Below are positions 8,272-17,541 of a DNA stretch of 64,000 bases, piece by piece. The first letter of the stretch is position 1. Every line of letters starts with the position of its first letter. The notes beneath the pieces were generated by a model. That model was given only the letters and a program-made list of their open reading frames with translations. It was not told where the DNA came from and did not search any database. The position numbers and the translations under genes were made by a program. Source of the stretch: a virus; IMG/VR virus record IMGVR_UViG_3300045988_148900, positions 64,001 through 128,000 of that record; one strand, given 5' to 3'.

Positions 8272-9442
8272 CACATATTGGCGTTTCATCGACTTCGTAA
8301 CCTCCGTCTCCACGCCCATCGAACCGTCCCACCGACGGCAAAAACATCGCTAAACCCTCTCTCAAAATGTTGCTGGCGGCATTTAAGTCTCGGTCGTGGA
8401 CCGTACCACATTGTGGACACGCCCAAGTCCTATTGCCTAACGTAAGACCGTCGTTCTTGTAGCCGCAACACCCACAGGTCTTGCTACTCGGGAAGAAACG
8501 GTCGATCTTTAAAACCGTCTTACCCAACCAACGCGCCTTATATTCCAAGACACGAACGAACTCAAACCAACATACACTCTGGATGGATTTAGCTAATCTA
8601 TGGTTACCCATCATGCCCTTAACATTCAAGTCCTCGATAAAAATGGCTTGGTTCTCACCTAAAATACCGTTGACTGCATGATGGATAAAGTTATGAATTA
8701 AATTACGTTTCTTAGCATATAGTTTATTGATTTTTAATCTTATCTCCGCACGGCGACGACTGCCTTTCTGTCGTCTTGCTTCTATTTTCTGCAAGCGGGA
8801 TATCCGACGATCGATGACGTCCGCGAAACGCGGATTAGGTATCTTGCGACCGTCGGAGGTAACCACAAAGTCCTTCAAACCCAAGTCCAGCCCGACACAC
8901 TTGGACTGGCTTGTGATAGGCGTGGGTTTAAGCTCAGGAACACCCGTCTCGACAAGGCAACTCACCCAAAAGAGTCCGCAGCCGTCGCAACTTACCGTGA
9001 CGTTACGTAACTGACCCGCAAACCGACGATCCTGCTTATAGCGTACTAAACCAATCTTCGATAGTTTGATGTGACTACTTTCCTGATCGACACCACAATG
9101 GGTGGACGGAAAACGACATGATAGCTTGCTCCGATGCTTCGACTTAAACCTTGGAAAACCCTGATGCGTCCGGAAAAACATCCGGTAAGCACTATACATA
9201 TCTCGAACCGACTGAACCAAACAAACCGCAGGAACGTCATACAACCATGCGTACTCGGACTTCAGGCCCGTCATCAAGTTAATACATTCGAACTCCGACA
9301 AGGACGTCTTATCTGTCTTGTAAGCCTTAATCTTAATATCAAGCGTAGCATTATAAACAAACCGACAACAACCGAACGTCTGACGCAACATTGCCTGCTG
9401 CGTCTTGTTCGGATAAAGCCGATATTTATAAGCACGCTTCAT
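8264..9442 (-). CDS. tnpB: TnpB RNA-guided nuclease family protein
   Basis: 392 aa. RuvC triad contexts GLDLGLKD / FIEDLNV / HDRDLNAA, and zinc finger CGCCGY...CPQCG. ATG verified. Confidence 0.9.
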   Translation of the reverse strand: MKRAYKYRLYPNKTQQAMLRQTFGCCRFVYNATLDIKIKAYKTDKTSLSEFECINLMTGLKSEYAWLYDVPAVCLVQSVRDMYSAYRMFFRTHQGFPRFKSKHRSKLSCRFPSTHCGVDQESSHIKLSKIGLVRYKQDRRFAGQLRNVTVSCDGCGLFWVSCLVETGVPELKPTPITSQSKCVGLDLGLKDFVVTSDGRKIPNPRFADVIDRRISRLQKIEARRQKGSRRRAEIRLKINKLYAKKRNLIHNFIHHAVNGILGENQAIFIEDLNVKGMMGNHRLAKSIQSVCWFEFVRVLEYKARWLGKTVLKIDRFFPSSKTCGCCGYKNDGLTLGNRTWACPQCGTVHDRDLNAASNILREGLAMFLPSVGRFDGRGDGGYEVDETPICAV

Positions 9443-9446
9443 ATCA

Positions 9447-9454
9447 CAAAGATA
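9447..9454 (-). promoter_or_regulatory. host-type -7 box TATCTTTG upstream of tnpB
   Basis: Minus-strand TATCTTTG lies 4 nt before the tnpB ATG and matches TAnnTTTG. Confidence 0.35.
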
Positions 9455-9482
9455 GTTATTTATTTACATCTATGCAAGACGG

Positions 9483-9508
9483 TAGTGTAAAATTGTATGT
9501 AATCACCT
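9483..9508. repeat. terminal inverted repeat, tnpB 5' side (copy A)
   Basis: The reverse complement AGGTGATTACATACAATTTTACACTA matches the other end at 23/26. Confidence 0.8.
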
Positions 9509-9630
9509 AAACACAAACCAATACGCTGATGCGTAGTGTAATAATGCTCCGCGCGACATATCCAACGACATATAATCCTCCGCCGCCAACTACCAACACC
9601 ACTCAGAATACTCCAAACTATCCTCTTCAT
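9509..9630 (-). pseudogene. 5' part of the phage ORF split by the tnpB element
   Basis: ATG at 9630 (MKRIVWSILSGVG...HQRIGLCL) runs into the element. The track start at 9675 is TTG. The TSD sits in the same codon phase on both sides. Confidence 0.65.
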
Positions 9631-9701
9631 CTCACCTATGACAACCTTAACTTTTGACTGTATAAATCCCTCCAAAAACCAGTTTCCGAAGCACGACTCC
9701 T

Positions 9702-10724
9702 CTACCTATTTCCAGACCGCGTGCTCACAGTACGCTCTATTAACGACCTAAGCAAAACTTCAACACCTACCTCCGACCCCAAAGCCTGCTGAGCCAAAGG
9801 AGAAAAGAAGAACCCAAACAGAGTCTTACCCAAACCTGCCTTCTGAAGCCGAAACTCAACAGAACCCTCATCAGTAGTAGCGTAAATATTACGCAACAAC
9901 AAACCAACGGACATCCGAACATCTATAGTCGGATACAACAGCAACTCCGAAAGAAGAGACGACGGATCTGTACCCCCAGACTTCGAAAAGCAAGCAACAA
10001 TGAAATCACGGAACTTGAAGTAAGAACTATCCAAAGCACGCGGACCCGCAAGCTCATAGAACTGAAGAAGCTGAAGAGCATTACGCATATGACCCTCCGA
10101 CTTCATAGCCAAAATGTGAAGCTCGTCCGCAGACAACCGAGTACCACGACTCGCAGCGATCTTAGCAACATGAGCCTCAACCAACGGAAGAGGAATAGTA
10201 CTAATGTCGATATTCACACACCGAGACTTCAAAGTAGGCGAAATATCCTCCGTACCACAAAACATGAAAATAGTATTAGGAACACCCTCCTCAACCGTCT
10301 TCAAAAGAGCATCACTACTACTACGAGAAATGGCCTGAACCTCGTCCAAGACCACAACACGACGCCCTTCCGGCACTACCATAAGCTGCTCCTTAAGACG
10401 TCTAATCCCCTCAATATTGCCCACAACCGTACCATCAAGCTCCCAGTAAAGACTCGAGTTGGACGCAGAAGCCTCCTGACACCCAGCACACGCATTACAA
10501 ACGTCGTCCTTGTGCTTAAACTCCGTACAATTCATAGCTCTGCCAAAAATACGAGCTATGCTTGACTTCCCTGAACCGAAGCTTCCCTTCAAAAACAAGG
10601 CCCGGGCTGCAATCCCGTCAGCATGGGCTATACGCTTCAGAGTCGTAACAGCCAAATCCTGACCAACCATCTCGCCAAAGGTCTTCGGCCTATACAAATT
10701 AGCTAAATTCTGATCCTGCGCCAT
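9702..10724 (-). CDS. clamp-loader ATPase (DnaX/RFC-like)
   Basis: YRPKTFGEMVGQD, Walker A GSFGSGKSS, Zn module CTEF..C.AC.GC, Walker B VVVLDEV, SRC motif LKSRC. Confidence 0.8.
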   Translation of the reverse strand: MAQDQNLANLYRPKTFGEMVGQDLAVTTLKRIAHADGIAARALFLKGSFGSGKSSIARIFGRAMNCTEFKHKDDVCNACAGCQEASASNSSLYWELDGTVVGNIEGIRRLKEQLMVVPEGRRVVVLDEVQAISRSSSDALLKTVEEGVPNTIFMFCGTEDISPTLKSRCVNIDISTIPLPLVEAHVAKIAASRGTRLSADELHILAMKSEGHMRNALQLLQFYELAGPRALDSSYFKFRDFIVACFSKSGGTDPSSLLSELLLYPTIDVRMSVGLLLRNIYATTDEGSVEFRLQKAGLGKTLFGFFFSPLAQQALGSEVGVEVLLRSLIERTVSTRSGNR

Positions 10725-10727
10725 AAA

Positions 10728-11060
10728 CTACTCCTCCGGCTTGAACAAAGAATAAAGAAGATCTGCGTCCAAGGAAACCCAGAAATCTATATCAGCATCA
10801 TGAAAAACCTCCGAGTGCGATATCCACTCGTCCGTGTCATGGTAAACAACTTCAACGATAAAACCACTCGTGAGAAAAGCTAAAACCGAAGACCCAACAC
10901 GAGGATGTTGATCAGAAGGCTTATAAGAACGCACATCCGGACCGAAAAGATTCTCAAGGACCGCTATAACGCCTCGCCGACACGAACCATAACTCAGAAG
11001 CCGATCCAACTCCGAAAGCCTCCGGGCTATCCCATCAACAAATGAATCAAGCTGCTTCAT
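10728..11060 (-). CDS. hypothetical protein
   Basis: 110 aa, ATG verified. Preceded by a degenerate motif copy (GCAATTATAACTCC, 11083-11095). Confidence 0.6.
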   Translation of the reverse strand: MKQLDSFVDGIARRLSELDRLLSYGSCRRGVIAVLENLFGPDVRSYKPSDQHPRVGSSVLAFLTSGFIVEVVYHDTDEWISHSEVFHDADIDFWVSLDADLLYSLFKPEE

Positions 11061-11094
11061 TGCCTTAACCCAAAAAATATAGGAGTTATAATTG

Positions 11095-11862
11095 CTACTC
11101 CCTACCTAAACACTTGAATAACTTCTCAATATGAGATACAGCTGCACCCTCCTTAGAGTACATAAGATTACGCTTCTCGTTGGACCAAATAAGCTCCCAA
11201 CGCCCCCAATCCGGCTCCGTATACTCTGAAAGATAAACATCACAATGATTATCGTCTACCTGGGAACAGGCCCAACGGTAAAAAGCAGCATGATCAAAAG
11301 CATTAGACTTCCCATCGCCTGTCTTGTATCCTGAAACGCTGCGGTAAGGAATATCATTGTAAACCATTGATTCTGAGGGTATTACGAGATCTCTGTAGTC
11401 TCCGCTGAACAACTTGACGTCACGCATGCCGCTATGATACTTCATGGTGAACTGACGATAGATAGATGCACGGTTCCGGTCCTGATACATCTTCCCTGCG
11501 TAGCCCTGAAAGTAAGTGGCCTTAAAGGAGCAGCAGAAGCCAACATAAGCTATAAACCAAGACTGATACTCGTCCTTATGAGCCCGGATGTAAAGGTAAT
11601 CCTCCTTAGAAACCTCCTCCGGAAAGGTGTCTGCAGGAAAGCACCACTCACAGGTGCGCTCATCGAAGTAAACCTTCTCCTGAAGGTATTTGAACATGTC
11701 AACAATGACATGATTATACTCATTGCCCCAACGAGGACCACTCATGGCGGTAACAACATTGAAACCACCACCAAAGGCATCCACAAATAACTGATCCGGC
11801 GAACGCCTACGAGACTCCAAGATTGGAATTATCTGCTCAAGGATGCCTCCCTTGCTACCCAT
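11095..11862 (-). CDS. N6-adenine DNA methyltransferase (Dam/D12 class)
   Basis: FVDAFGGGFNV (FxGxG SAM motif) and YNDIPY (DPPY-type motif IV). The track start at 11871 is GTG and the ATG is at 11862. Confidence 0.75.
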   Translation of the reverse strand: MGSKGGILEQIIPILESRRRSPDQLFVDAFGGGFNVVTAMSGPRWGNEYNHVIVDMFKYLQEKVYFDERTCEWCFPADTFPEEVSKEDYLYIRAHKDEYQSWFIAYVGFCCSFKATYFQGYAGKMYQDRNRASIYRQFTMKYHSGMRDVKLFSGDYRDLVIPSESMVYNDIPYRSVSGYKTGDGKSNAFDHAAFYRWACSQVDDNHCDVYLSEYTEPDWGRWELIWSNEKRNLMYSKEGAAVSHIEKLFKCLGRE

Positions 11863-11894
11863 GTAAACCACTGTAAATCTGTGTTTTATAAAGT

Positions 11895-12494
11895 TTAACT
11901 GAACCTGAACTTCAAATTAGACAAAAACTGCTCCGTAAGATCATTAAAAGGCATGTCTGGAAACATTAACGTAACACGCTTCCCATAACTGCTGTAAAAC
12001 GACTGAACCTTAGAACCAGCACGAAGACCCGTGTTCGTCTCCTTGCCAAAGTCATTATCACAACAATAAGAAATATCATCAAACAAAGACAATACAATAT
12101 GAGTAGCTTTTCGATTGCCTGCCAAGGACGTAAAACCTAAGACATTACGATCCGGAAAACACAGCTTAGCAGACAGGTAATCAGAAACACCCTCAGTGAT
12201 AATAACAGAGCGATCCTGTAGATTTAATAACGAAAGACCTACAAGACCAAAATGATCTATAACCGTATCCTTAACCTTTGAACCAACGGAGCGCGTATAC
12301 CAAAAAGATACCCGCGCTCCAGATGGATTAGGAAGCCGCTCGATCACATCTACAGAAACACTCTCCGTAATAAGATTATTACGAACCTCAACACCTCCGC
12401 GAACCCCGCCCCACAACTCCAGCAACTGAAGCCACTGGTAGTTCTTAAGACGAAAGCCATCCGGAAGACGAATGTGATCAAGCGGCAAAAGCAT
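11895..12494 (-). CDS. Toprim-domain protein (DnaG-like)
   Basis: VIITEGVSDYLS ... YCCDNDFGKETNTG gives the Toprim E...DxD signature. Confidence 0.6.
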   Translation of the reverse strand: MLLPLDHIRLPDGFRLKNYQWLQLLELWGGVRGGVEVRNNLITESVSVDVIERLPNPSGARVSFWYTRSVGSKVKDTVIDHFGLVGLSLLNLQDRSVIITEGVSDYLSAKLCFPDRNVLGFTSLAGNRKATHIVLSLFDDISYCCDNDFGKETNTGLRAGSKVQSFYSSYGKRVTLMFPDMPFNDLTEQFLSNLKFRFS

Positions 12495-12499
12495 GACAA

Positions 12500-12808
12500 C
12501 TACTCTGACGCCTCGCCCGAAACCCCAGCAGCCTCAGCAGACGGCGAAACAATAGGCTCCAAATAATAGAACCCGCCCCAACGACTCCGAATCTTGAATA
12601 CGTCGCCGACGAGATGCTGAACCTTATTCTTGATGACACGCAAATTGCGAATCTCGACCTCTAACTTCGTGCACAAGTCCGTAACACTCACACGATCCCC
12701 AACAGGAACCTCCGTCAAAAGACGCCAGAAAGAAGCCTGCATGTGAGTAAGATCAACACTTACACCATCCTTCAAAACTACACTCTCACGATCTACACTT
12801 CTTGCCAT
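12500..12808 (-). CDS. winged-helix DNA-binding protein (OmpR/PhoB-type C-terminal domain-like)
   Basis: LTHMQASFWRLL..VSVTDL..RNLRVIKNKVQHLVG..IRSRWGGFYYL follows the Trans_reg_C pattern. Confidence 0.5.
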   Translation of the reverse strand: MARSVDRESVVLKDGVSVDLTHMQASFWRLLTEVPVGDRVSVTDLCTKLEVEIRNLRVIKNKVQHLVGDVFKIRSRWGGFYYLEPIVSPSAEAAGVSGEASE

Positions 12809-13133
12809 AATTTAAAACTTTTGTTAAAATAAAATCTATAAAGACATCTAAAATGGACTCCAAGCCTGCATAAGGACAGTACGGAAACCTAAGCTCACCA
12901 TACTGTGCGTCGCAAGACCCGCTAAGTAAGCCCTCAATCTGTAAAAACGAATCGTCTGAAACGCGTACAAGCCTAATGAAGCCAAAGACACCTAAATCGT
13001 CCCAGCCAAAACTTACACAACCACGAGTTGGGATGACAGGAGACAACAACGGCGACTGAGGCTGAACTATAAGGACATTCATCAGCTCCCACCGCAAACG
13101 ACGACGCAACTCGAACTCTAAATCAAAATCCAT
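12786..13133 (-). CDS. hypothetical protein
   Basis: 115 aa, ATG verified. A TACTTTTG box (13138-13145) lies just upstream. Confidence 0.5.
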   Translation of the reverse strand: MDFDLEFELRRRLRWELMNVLIVQPQSPLLSPVIPTRGCVSFGWDDLGVFGFIRLVRVSDDSFLQIEGLLSGSCDAQYGELRFPYCPYAGLESILDVFIDFILTKVLNYGKKCRS

Positions 13134-13175
13134 AACGCAAAAGTAAGTAGAATAAAATTGATAAACAAATTGTAT

Positions 13176-16028
13176 CTACCGCATTGACGCTAAAAAAGAC
13201 TTGCTAAGACACTCCTCGCACAACGTGAACCCTTTGCCGGAACCCACATCAAGCACTGCAGGACGGCCACAGCACTTACAAGAATGAAACTCACGAGAAC
13301 GCAAGGTAGTAACGCAATCAACTGCAGTACCCCTAAAAAGCTTGTTCGGGTGAACACGCTTCGGACGTAAAACCGCCTGAATGTAATACCACGGATTACA
13401 ACGCACCGGAATGACTAAGACACCCTTAGATCCTCCGCGACCGTCTGAGACGACCAATGGGGCGGAAAGCGGCCCAGACCTCAACATATATGGCTTATAC
13501 TTGTCTCCCTCCAAATGTAAGGTAGAACCGTCATACTTAGGAAGCACAAAAGACCAAACGTCCATAGGCAAATCCGACCGGAAAGAAAACAGATTCAAAT
13601 CATCCAACGAAATTGGAATATCAGAAACATCATCTGAAACCCCAAGAACCTCAAAGGACACACTACGGGAATTTAACCCCTGAAAGAACTGACTAACAGC
13701 CGAAACATCATTATAAGACCGAAACTCCAAGTCCACAAGCTGGCTCCCGCCAACATCCCAATGACTATCCGGATAACTCTGACCATAAAGAGAATTAACC
13801 TGCGACACCCGAATAAAAGAATCACAAAGACCCTGATTACACCTTAAAAGACTTGACGCAAAAAGATGCGACGTGGCGCGCGGATTTAGAATTCTGCCAT
13901 AGGACGTCCTCTTTAATCTGAAACGCAGAATATGGGCCGCCTCTGGCTTCTTGTGGGCCTTTATATCGTCGGCGGAGATGGTCGAAGGCAAAGAACGACG
14001 AGACGCAAGACCCGAACGCCCGCAGGCATGGCAATCTGAAACACGAACACCCGGAGAACCTGAAAGAAAACCATCAGATCCTAACGAGACATCCGCAAAC
14101 TGAAAGACCGGATTATTCGAAACCAAAAAAGACGAACAAACACCCCTACACGAATCGGTGCGCAAACACCGAGGCATGCTGAAATCCGGAAAACCTGACG
14201 ACGAAAGACCCTTACGCTCCTGATACCGACGAACGCCATCCAAGCTCGTATGAACCCAATGCAACAACGATATGTAACCATTAAATGAACGCTTATCGAA
14301 GAAGCCTGACTCATCACTACCAATCATAGTACGAAGAGACTTAAAGAAAGGCAAGTCGCGTAAAGACCGCAGCTTATACAAGTTCGAACCCGACGCAACC
14401 TCCCGATGAAGCAACGGAGTCAGACGACGACCAAAGGACACCAAAGCCTGCTCAAGCAGCGTGCTATAACGATAACCATTAACCTCAAAGCGAACACCAA
14501 GCTCGTCCGTGAACCGAGAATACCACTCAGTCGAAATCCACTGACCGTCGTCAAAACTAAGACGAGCAGCGCGCTTCTCAATACACTCCAAAGGCGTCAA
14601 CGGATACTGAACCAAAGGCGTAGCCTTAAACCGTATAGGTAACTTGCCCCCACGACTTGCAGCATACGTAAGCCAACGCTTCGTGAAGCCATAAAGCCAC
14701 TGCCAGTCCGACTCCTCCTCGTAACCCGAAAGAACAAGACCAATCTTAATATCCAAGCAACCCCTATGAATCATGAAGCGCATATAAGACTCCAAAGCCT
14801 CCTCCGAAAGACCCTTATTATAAAGACTGTTCCATATCCGAGGACTAACACCCTCAATAGGAGCCGTGCCGCGACGAAAACCTAAGGCGAAAAGAAGCTC
14901 CATAGCATCTTCATCCTTCCCAAGCTCCTCCATGCGCATATTGCTGAACGTAACCGTAGGAAACACATCCTGAACCTTAGCTACCGTGCCCTTCCAATCC
15001 GTCAAATAGTTGAGATTATAGGCGGCGAGCTTAACCGTATCCGACGCACTCCGAAGCTTAGCAACACGCGCCATAGAAACAATGGTATCCTGAGACTCCT
15101 CCTGTAAGCCACCCGCAAGATGACCCTCAGCACAGAAAGAACAGTTGCCCGCAAAACCACAACCCTCGGCGGCCGAAACCATAGCCAAATTGGTATTACC
15201 ACCATTGCCGCGAATATAACCCGCAGCAGCCCCAAGCAAACCCTCAGGCTTGGACGAACCCAGACAGAAAGTAGCATGATCTGGAGCATCTGCACGAACA
15301 CGACATGTAGACACAATCCTATTACCGCACCACTCAAAAGAATAAGACTGCGGCTGGTAAAAACAAAAAGAACCTTGACTATACCATAAGTAATTCAAAT
15401 ATTGATCCACCGTAGTAGTAGACCGTGGAAAAGAACCCATAGCGTCAAAAAGAAGCTTCTCGTCCCACGTCTGACCCAAATACATGAAGTCTAAGTAACT
15501 ATAACGACCGTCACCAAGAGACCCAAACAAAACATCAGCATAAACAACAGACGCACCTCCCGCATAAATAAGAGGAACATCGGTACGACCATTCCGCTCC
15601 GTGTACGACAACGGAATAGGCTTATCGCACCTGCTGAACGTAGCAAGCATCCACGGAACAACCGGAATCTCATAAAGACACGAAATACTAAAACCAACAA
15701 TGTCAAAATGAGACGGATCGAGATGAGACGAAATACCAATAGCATAAGGAACCTGCTCCTTATCATACCAGCGTATATCATCCCTATGCGGTAGAAACGC
15801 AAAGTCTATAAATACGCCCGGACAGCAAGTCTTAACCCAGTCGAGCAAGACCGTAGGAGTCATCGAATGAGTCTTATCAAAAGACGACGACGGAAAGACT
15901 ATAAGCAACTTCAGATTAGAAGCAGCATAAGCGTCCATAGACATCAGACCTGCATCCGGGTTGTAAAACTCACACCCGTCATGCAAGACTGACTTGTAAC
16001 TCTCTATAAACCGCTCGCTACGTGTCAC
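13176..16028 (-). CDS. large radical-SAM-like protein (TIGR03960-type layout) with C-terminal extension
   Basis: 950 aa. AEGCGFAGNCSFCAEG gives a CX5CX2C cluster. FDIVGFSISCLYE..PLIYAGGASV lies upstream. GTAPIEGVSPRIWNSLYNKGLSEE / IKIGLVLSGYEEESDW / FKATPLVQYPLTP lie downstream. C-terminal CKCCG..CEEC ribbon. GTG start overlaps the upstream TGA. Confidence 0.7.
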   Translation of the reverse strand: MTRSERFIESYKSVLHDGCEFYNPDAGLMSMDAYAASNLKLLIVFPSSSFDKTHSMTPTVLLDWVKTCCPGVFIDFAFLPHRDDIRWYDKEQVPYAIGISSHLDPSHFDIVGFSISCLYEIPVVPWMLATFSRCDKPIPLSYTERNGRTDVPLIYAGGASVVYADVLFGSLGDGRYSYLDFMYLGQTWDEKLLFDAMGSFPRSTTTVDQYLNYLWYSQGSFCFYQPQSYSFEWCGNRIVSTCRVRADAPDHATFCLGSSKPEGLLGAAAGYIRGNGGNTNLAMVSAAEGCGFAGNCSFCAEGHLAGGLQEESQDTIVSMARVAKLRSASDTVKLAAYNLNYLTDWKGTVAKVQDVFPTVTFSNMRMEELGKDEDAMELLFALGFRRGTAPIEGVSPRIWNSLYNKGLSEEALESYMRFMIHRGCLDIKIGLVLSGYEEESDWQWLYGFTKRWLTYAASRGGKLPIRFKATPLVQYPLTPLECIEKRAARLSFDDGQWISTEWYSRFTDELGVRFEVNGYRYSTLLEQALVSFGRRLTPLLHREVASGSNLYKLRSLRDLPFFKSLRTMIGSDESGFFDKRSFNGYISLLHWVHTSLDGVRRYQERKGLSSSGFPDFSMPRCLRTDSCRGVCSSFLVSNNPVFQFADVSLGSDGFLSGSPGVRVSDCHACGRSGLASRRSLPSTISADDIKAHKKPEAAHILRFRLKRTSYGRILNPRATSHLFASSLLRCNQGLCDSFIRVSQVNSLYGQSYPDSHWDVGGSQLVDLEFRSYNDVSAVSQFFQGLNSRSVSFEVLGVSDDVSDIPISLDDLNLFSFRSDLPMDVWSFVLPKYDGSTLHLEGDKYKPYMLRSGPLSAPLVVSDGRGGSKGVLVIPVRCNPWYYIQAVLRPKRVHPNKLFRGTAVDCVTTLRSREFHSCKCCGRPAVLDVGSGKGFTLCEECLSKSFLASMR

Positions 16029-16402
16029 CGCTTATTGAAGTGATAAGATAAACCATAGAGCCCATTACATGGACTATCATCCAAAGTGTAGCCATAATCC
16101 CACATGGTGTTAATCTGAGCCTGCGTAGGATAACCAACACACATAGGATGACGATAAGAGGCATCAACCTGAACAGAAATATAACCTCGCTGAGTCATGT
16201 AATCATCCGGATGAGGAACAAAGGGAAAACGCTGCTGAGCAATGCATCTATGAAGAGACATTATGCTAACCGCTATGAGCTCCGAGGTATCACCATCCTC
16301 CGGCCTGTAGTACAGCACATTGCCATCCGGAGCAACCCAAAACTCGTTACGAATCCGACGCTCCGCCTCTAATAACCACTCGTCCTCAACACCCGTACCC
16401 AT
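16025..16402 (-). CDS. hypothetical protein
   Basis: 125 aa, ATG verified. Its stop overlaps the next gene's start (GTGA). Confidence 0.6.
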   Translation of the reverse strand: MGTGVEDEWLLEAERRIRNEFWVAPDGNVLYYRPEDGDTSELIAVSIMSLHRCIAQQRFPFVPHPDDYMTQRGYISVQVDASYRHPMCVGYPTQAQINTMWDYGYTLDDSPCNGLYGLSYHFNKR

Positions 16403-16420
16403 CTCCTAAGCTTAAAAAAA

Positions 16421-16933
16421 CTACATATCCGACAAGTCGTAATCGCACGGCACGTAACCCCGAGACTCCAAAGCTGCGGCCATACGCGCCGCGCGCTCCA
16501 TAGGCCAGTCATAACCCACAGTCTTCGGCAGAAGAAGCCACGCGGAAGACAACAACGTGTAAACCTCAGACTCGAAATCCACAGAACCGTCCGTCGGCCG
16601 AGAAAGCATGTACATGTAATGACCATCGGCGGACTTCCCAACCGACCGTCCGTAAGCATAAACGTTAACTACAAGACAATTTACATCGCCGAGACCATGC
16701 AACGTAGCATCTGAACTCTGAGGACTCCGACGAACCAAAACCCTGAGCTCGCAACCATCCTGATATTCATCGTACTGACGCTCATCAAGATATCGATAAG
16801 CGTCTCTACGAATGCAATAAGGGTCATCGAAGGCAAGAACGCCGCAGATGCTACTGTCATCATCCGCACGGCTAATAGTCATGTTAGGACATACAGAAAG
16901 CCGCGCCAAACACATTCCAAAATCGTTTTTCAT
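16421..16933 (-). CDS. hypothetical protein
   Basis: 170 aa, ATG verified. Preceded by a variant motif (GAGATTATATACCATTTTAAT, 16947-16958 core). Confidence 0.6.
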   Translation of the reverse strand: MKNDFGMCLARLSVCPNMTISRADDDSSICGVLAFDDPYCIRRDAYRYLDERQYDEYQDGCELRVLVRRSPQSSDATLHGLGDVNCLVVNVYAYGRSVGKSADGHYMYMLSRPTDGSVDFESEVYTLLSSAWLLLPKTVGYDWPMERAARMAAALESRGYVPCDYDLSDM

Positions 16934-16982
16934 AGCACATTAAAATGGTATATAATCTCCAAAACTAAAATAGCTTCAACAA

Positions 16983-17372
16983 TCAACAACACATGGCTCG
17001 ACGTAAGCTCGAACGTAAGATATCGCAGCGAAGATCGTAATTCGGACACCAGCGATCACTGACTGCATCGAGTGTCATCAAGCGGTTACGCGGAACCCCC
17101 TTAGGACTACGTGACAAGTAACGTACTGAGCAATAAACATAGCACACAGAGTAACCAAAGCGTACACGATAGATGCTACCACGAAGGCAATCCCTATCGG
17201 GCTGCTTATCATAACCATGCAAACCGCAAACGCACTTCACGGTAGCAGCAACCCCATGACCCGGAAAGCCTGCGGATATACATGTGGAGATAACAGAGCG
17301 GAGGATAGACTTCTCACTCTTAAACTCACTCCCTAACAAAGCAGGCGATAAAACTCTCGACAAAGATTCCAT
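16983..17372 (-). CDS. hypothetical Cys-rich protein
   Basis: 129 aa, ATG verified. First gene after a strong terminator and a TATCTTTG box. Confidence 0.55.
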   Translation of the reverse strand: MESLSRVLSPALLGSEFKSEKSILRSVISTCISAGFPGHGVAATVKCVCGLHGYDKQPDRDCLRGSIYRVRFGYSVCYVYCSVRYLSRSPKGVPRNRLMTLDAVSDRWCPNYDLRCDILRSSLRRAMCC

Positions 17373-17391
17373 CTCGTAGCTAATTATACCA

Positions 17392-17399
17392 CAAAGATA
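17392..17399 (-). promoter_or_regulatory. host-type -7 box TATCTTTG
   Basis: Minus-strand TATCTTTG lies 19 nt upstream of the ATG at 17372 and directly after the terminator at 17451-17487. Confidence 0.4.
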
Positions 17400-17450
17400 A
17401 AAACGTTAAATTAATAAAACAAATAAAAACCATGGAAAATTGCTTCTATC

Positions 17451-17487
17451 GCAAAAAAAGATGGATGGAGACATACGACTCCATCCA
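17451..17487 (-). terminator. rho-independent terminator
   Basis: Minus strand GGATGGAG-TCGTATGT-CTCCATCC (perfect 8-bp stem) followed by ATCTTTTTTTG. Confidence 0.7.
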
Positions 17488-17541
17488 CCATCGACTACAT
17501 TTGCAAAGCTCCTAAAAGGAAGCTACTACCATAAACGTAAA

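Larger units (their letters stand above)
8246..9508 (-). mobile_element. tnpB-only transposable element with TIRs and 6-bp TSD (copy A, 1263 bp)
   Basis: Ends AGGTGATTATATACAATTCTACACTG (8246-8271) and its near reverse complement (9483-9508) match at 23/26. Flanked by direct AAACAC at 8240-8245 and 9509-9514. No transposase gene inside. Confidence 0.8.

Noticed and set aside
8246-8319. N-terminal extension of ORF 7993..8319 and C-terminal tail of ORF 9460..9675 (9460-9508).
   Set aside because: Both are chimeric read-throughs into the tnpB element's terminal repeats, not genuine coding sequence of the interrupted phage gene.
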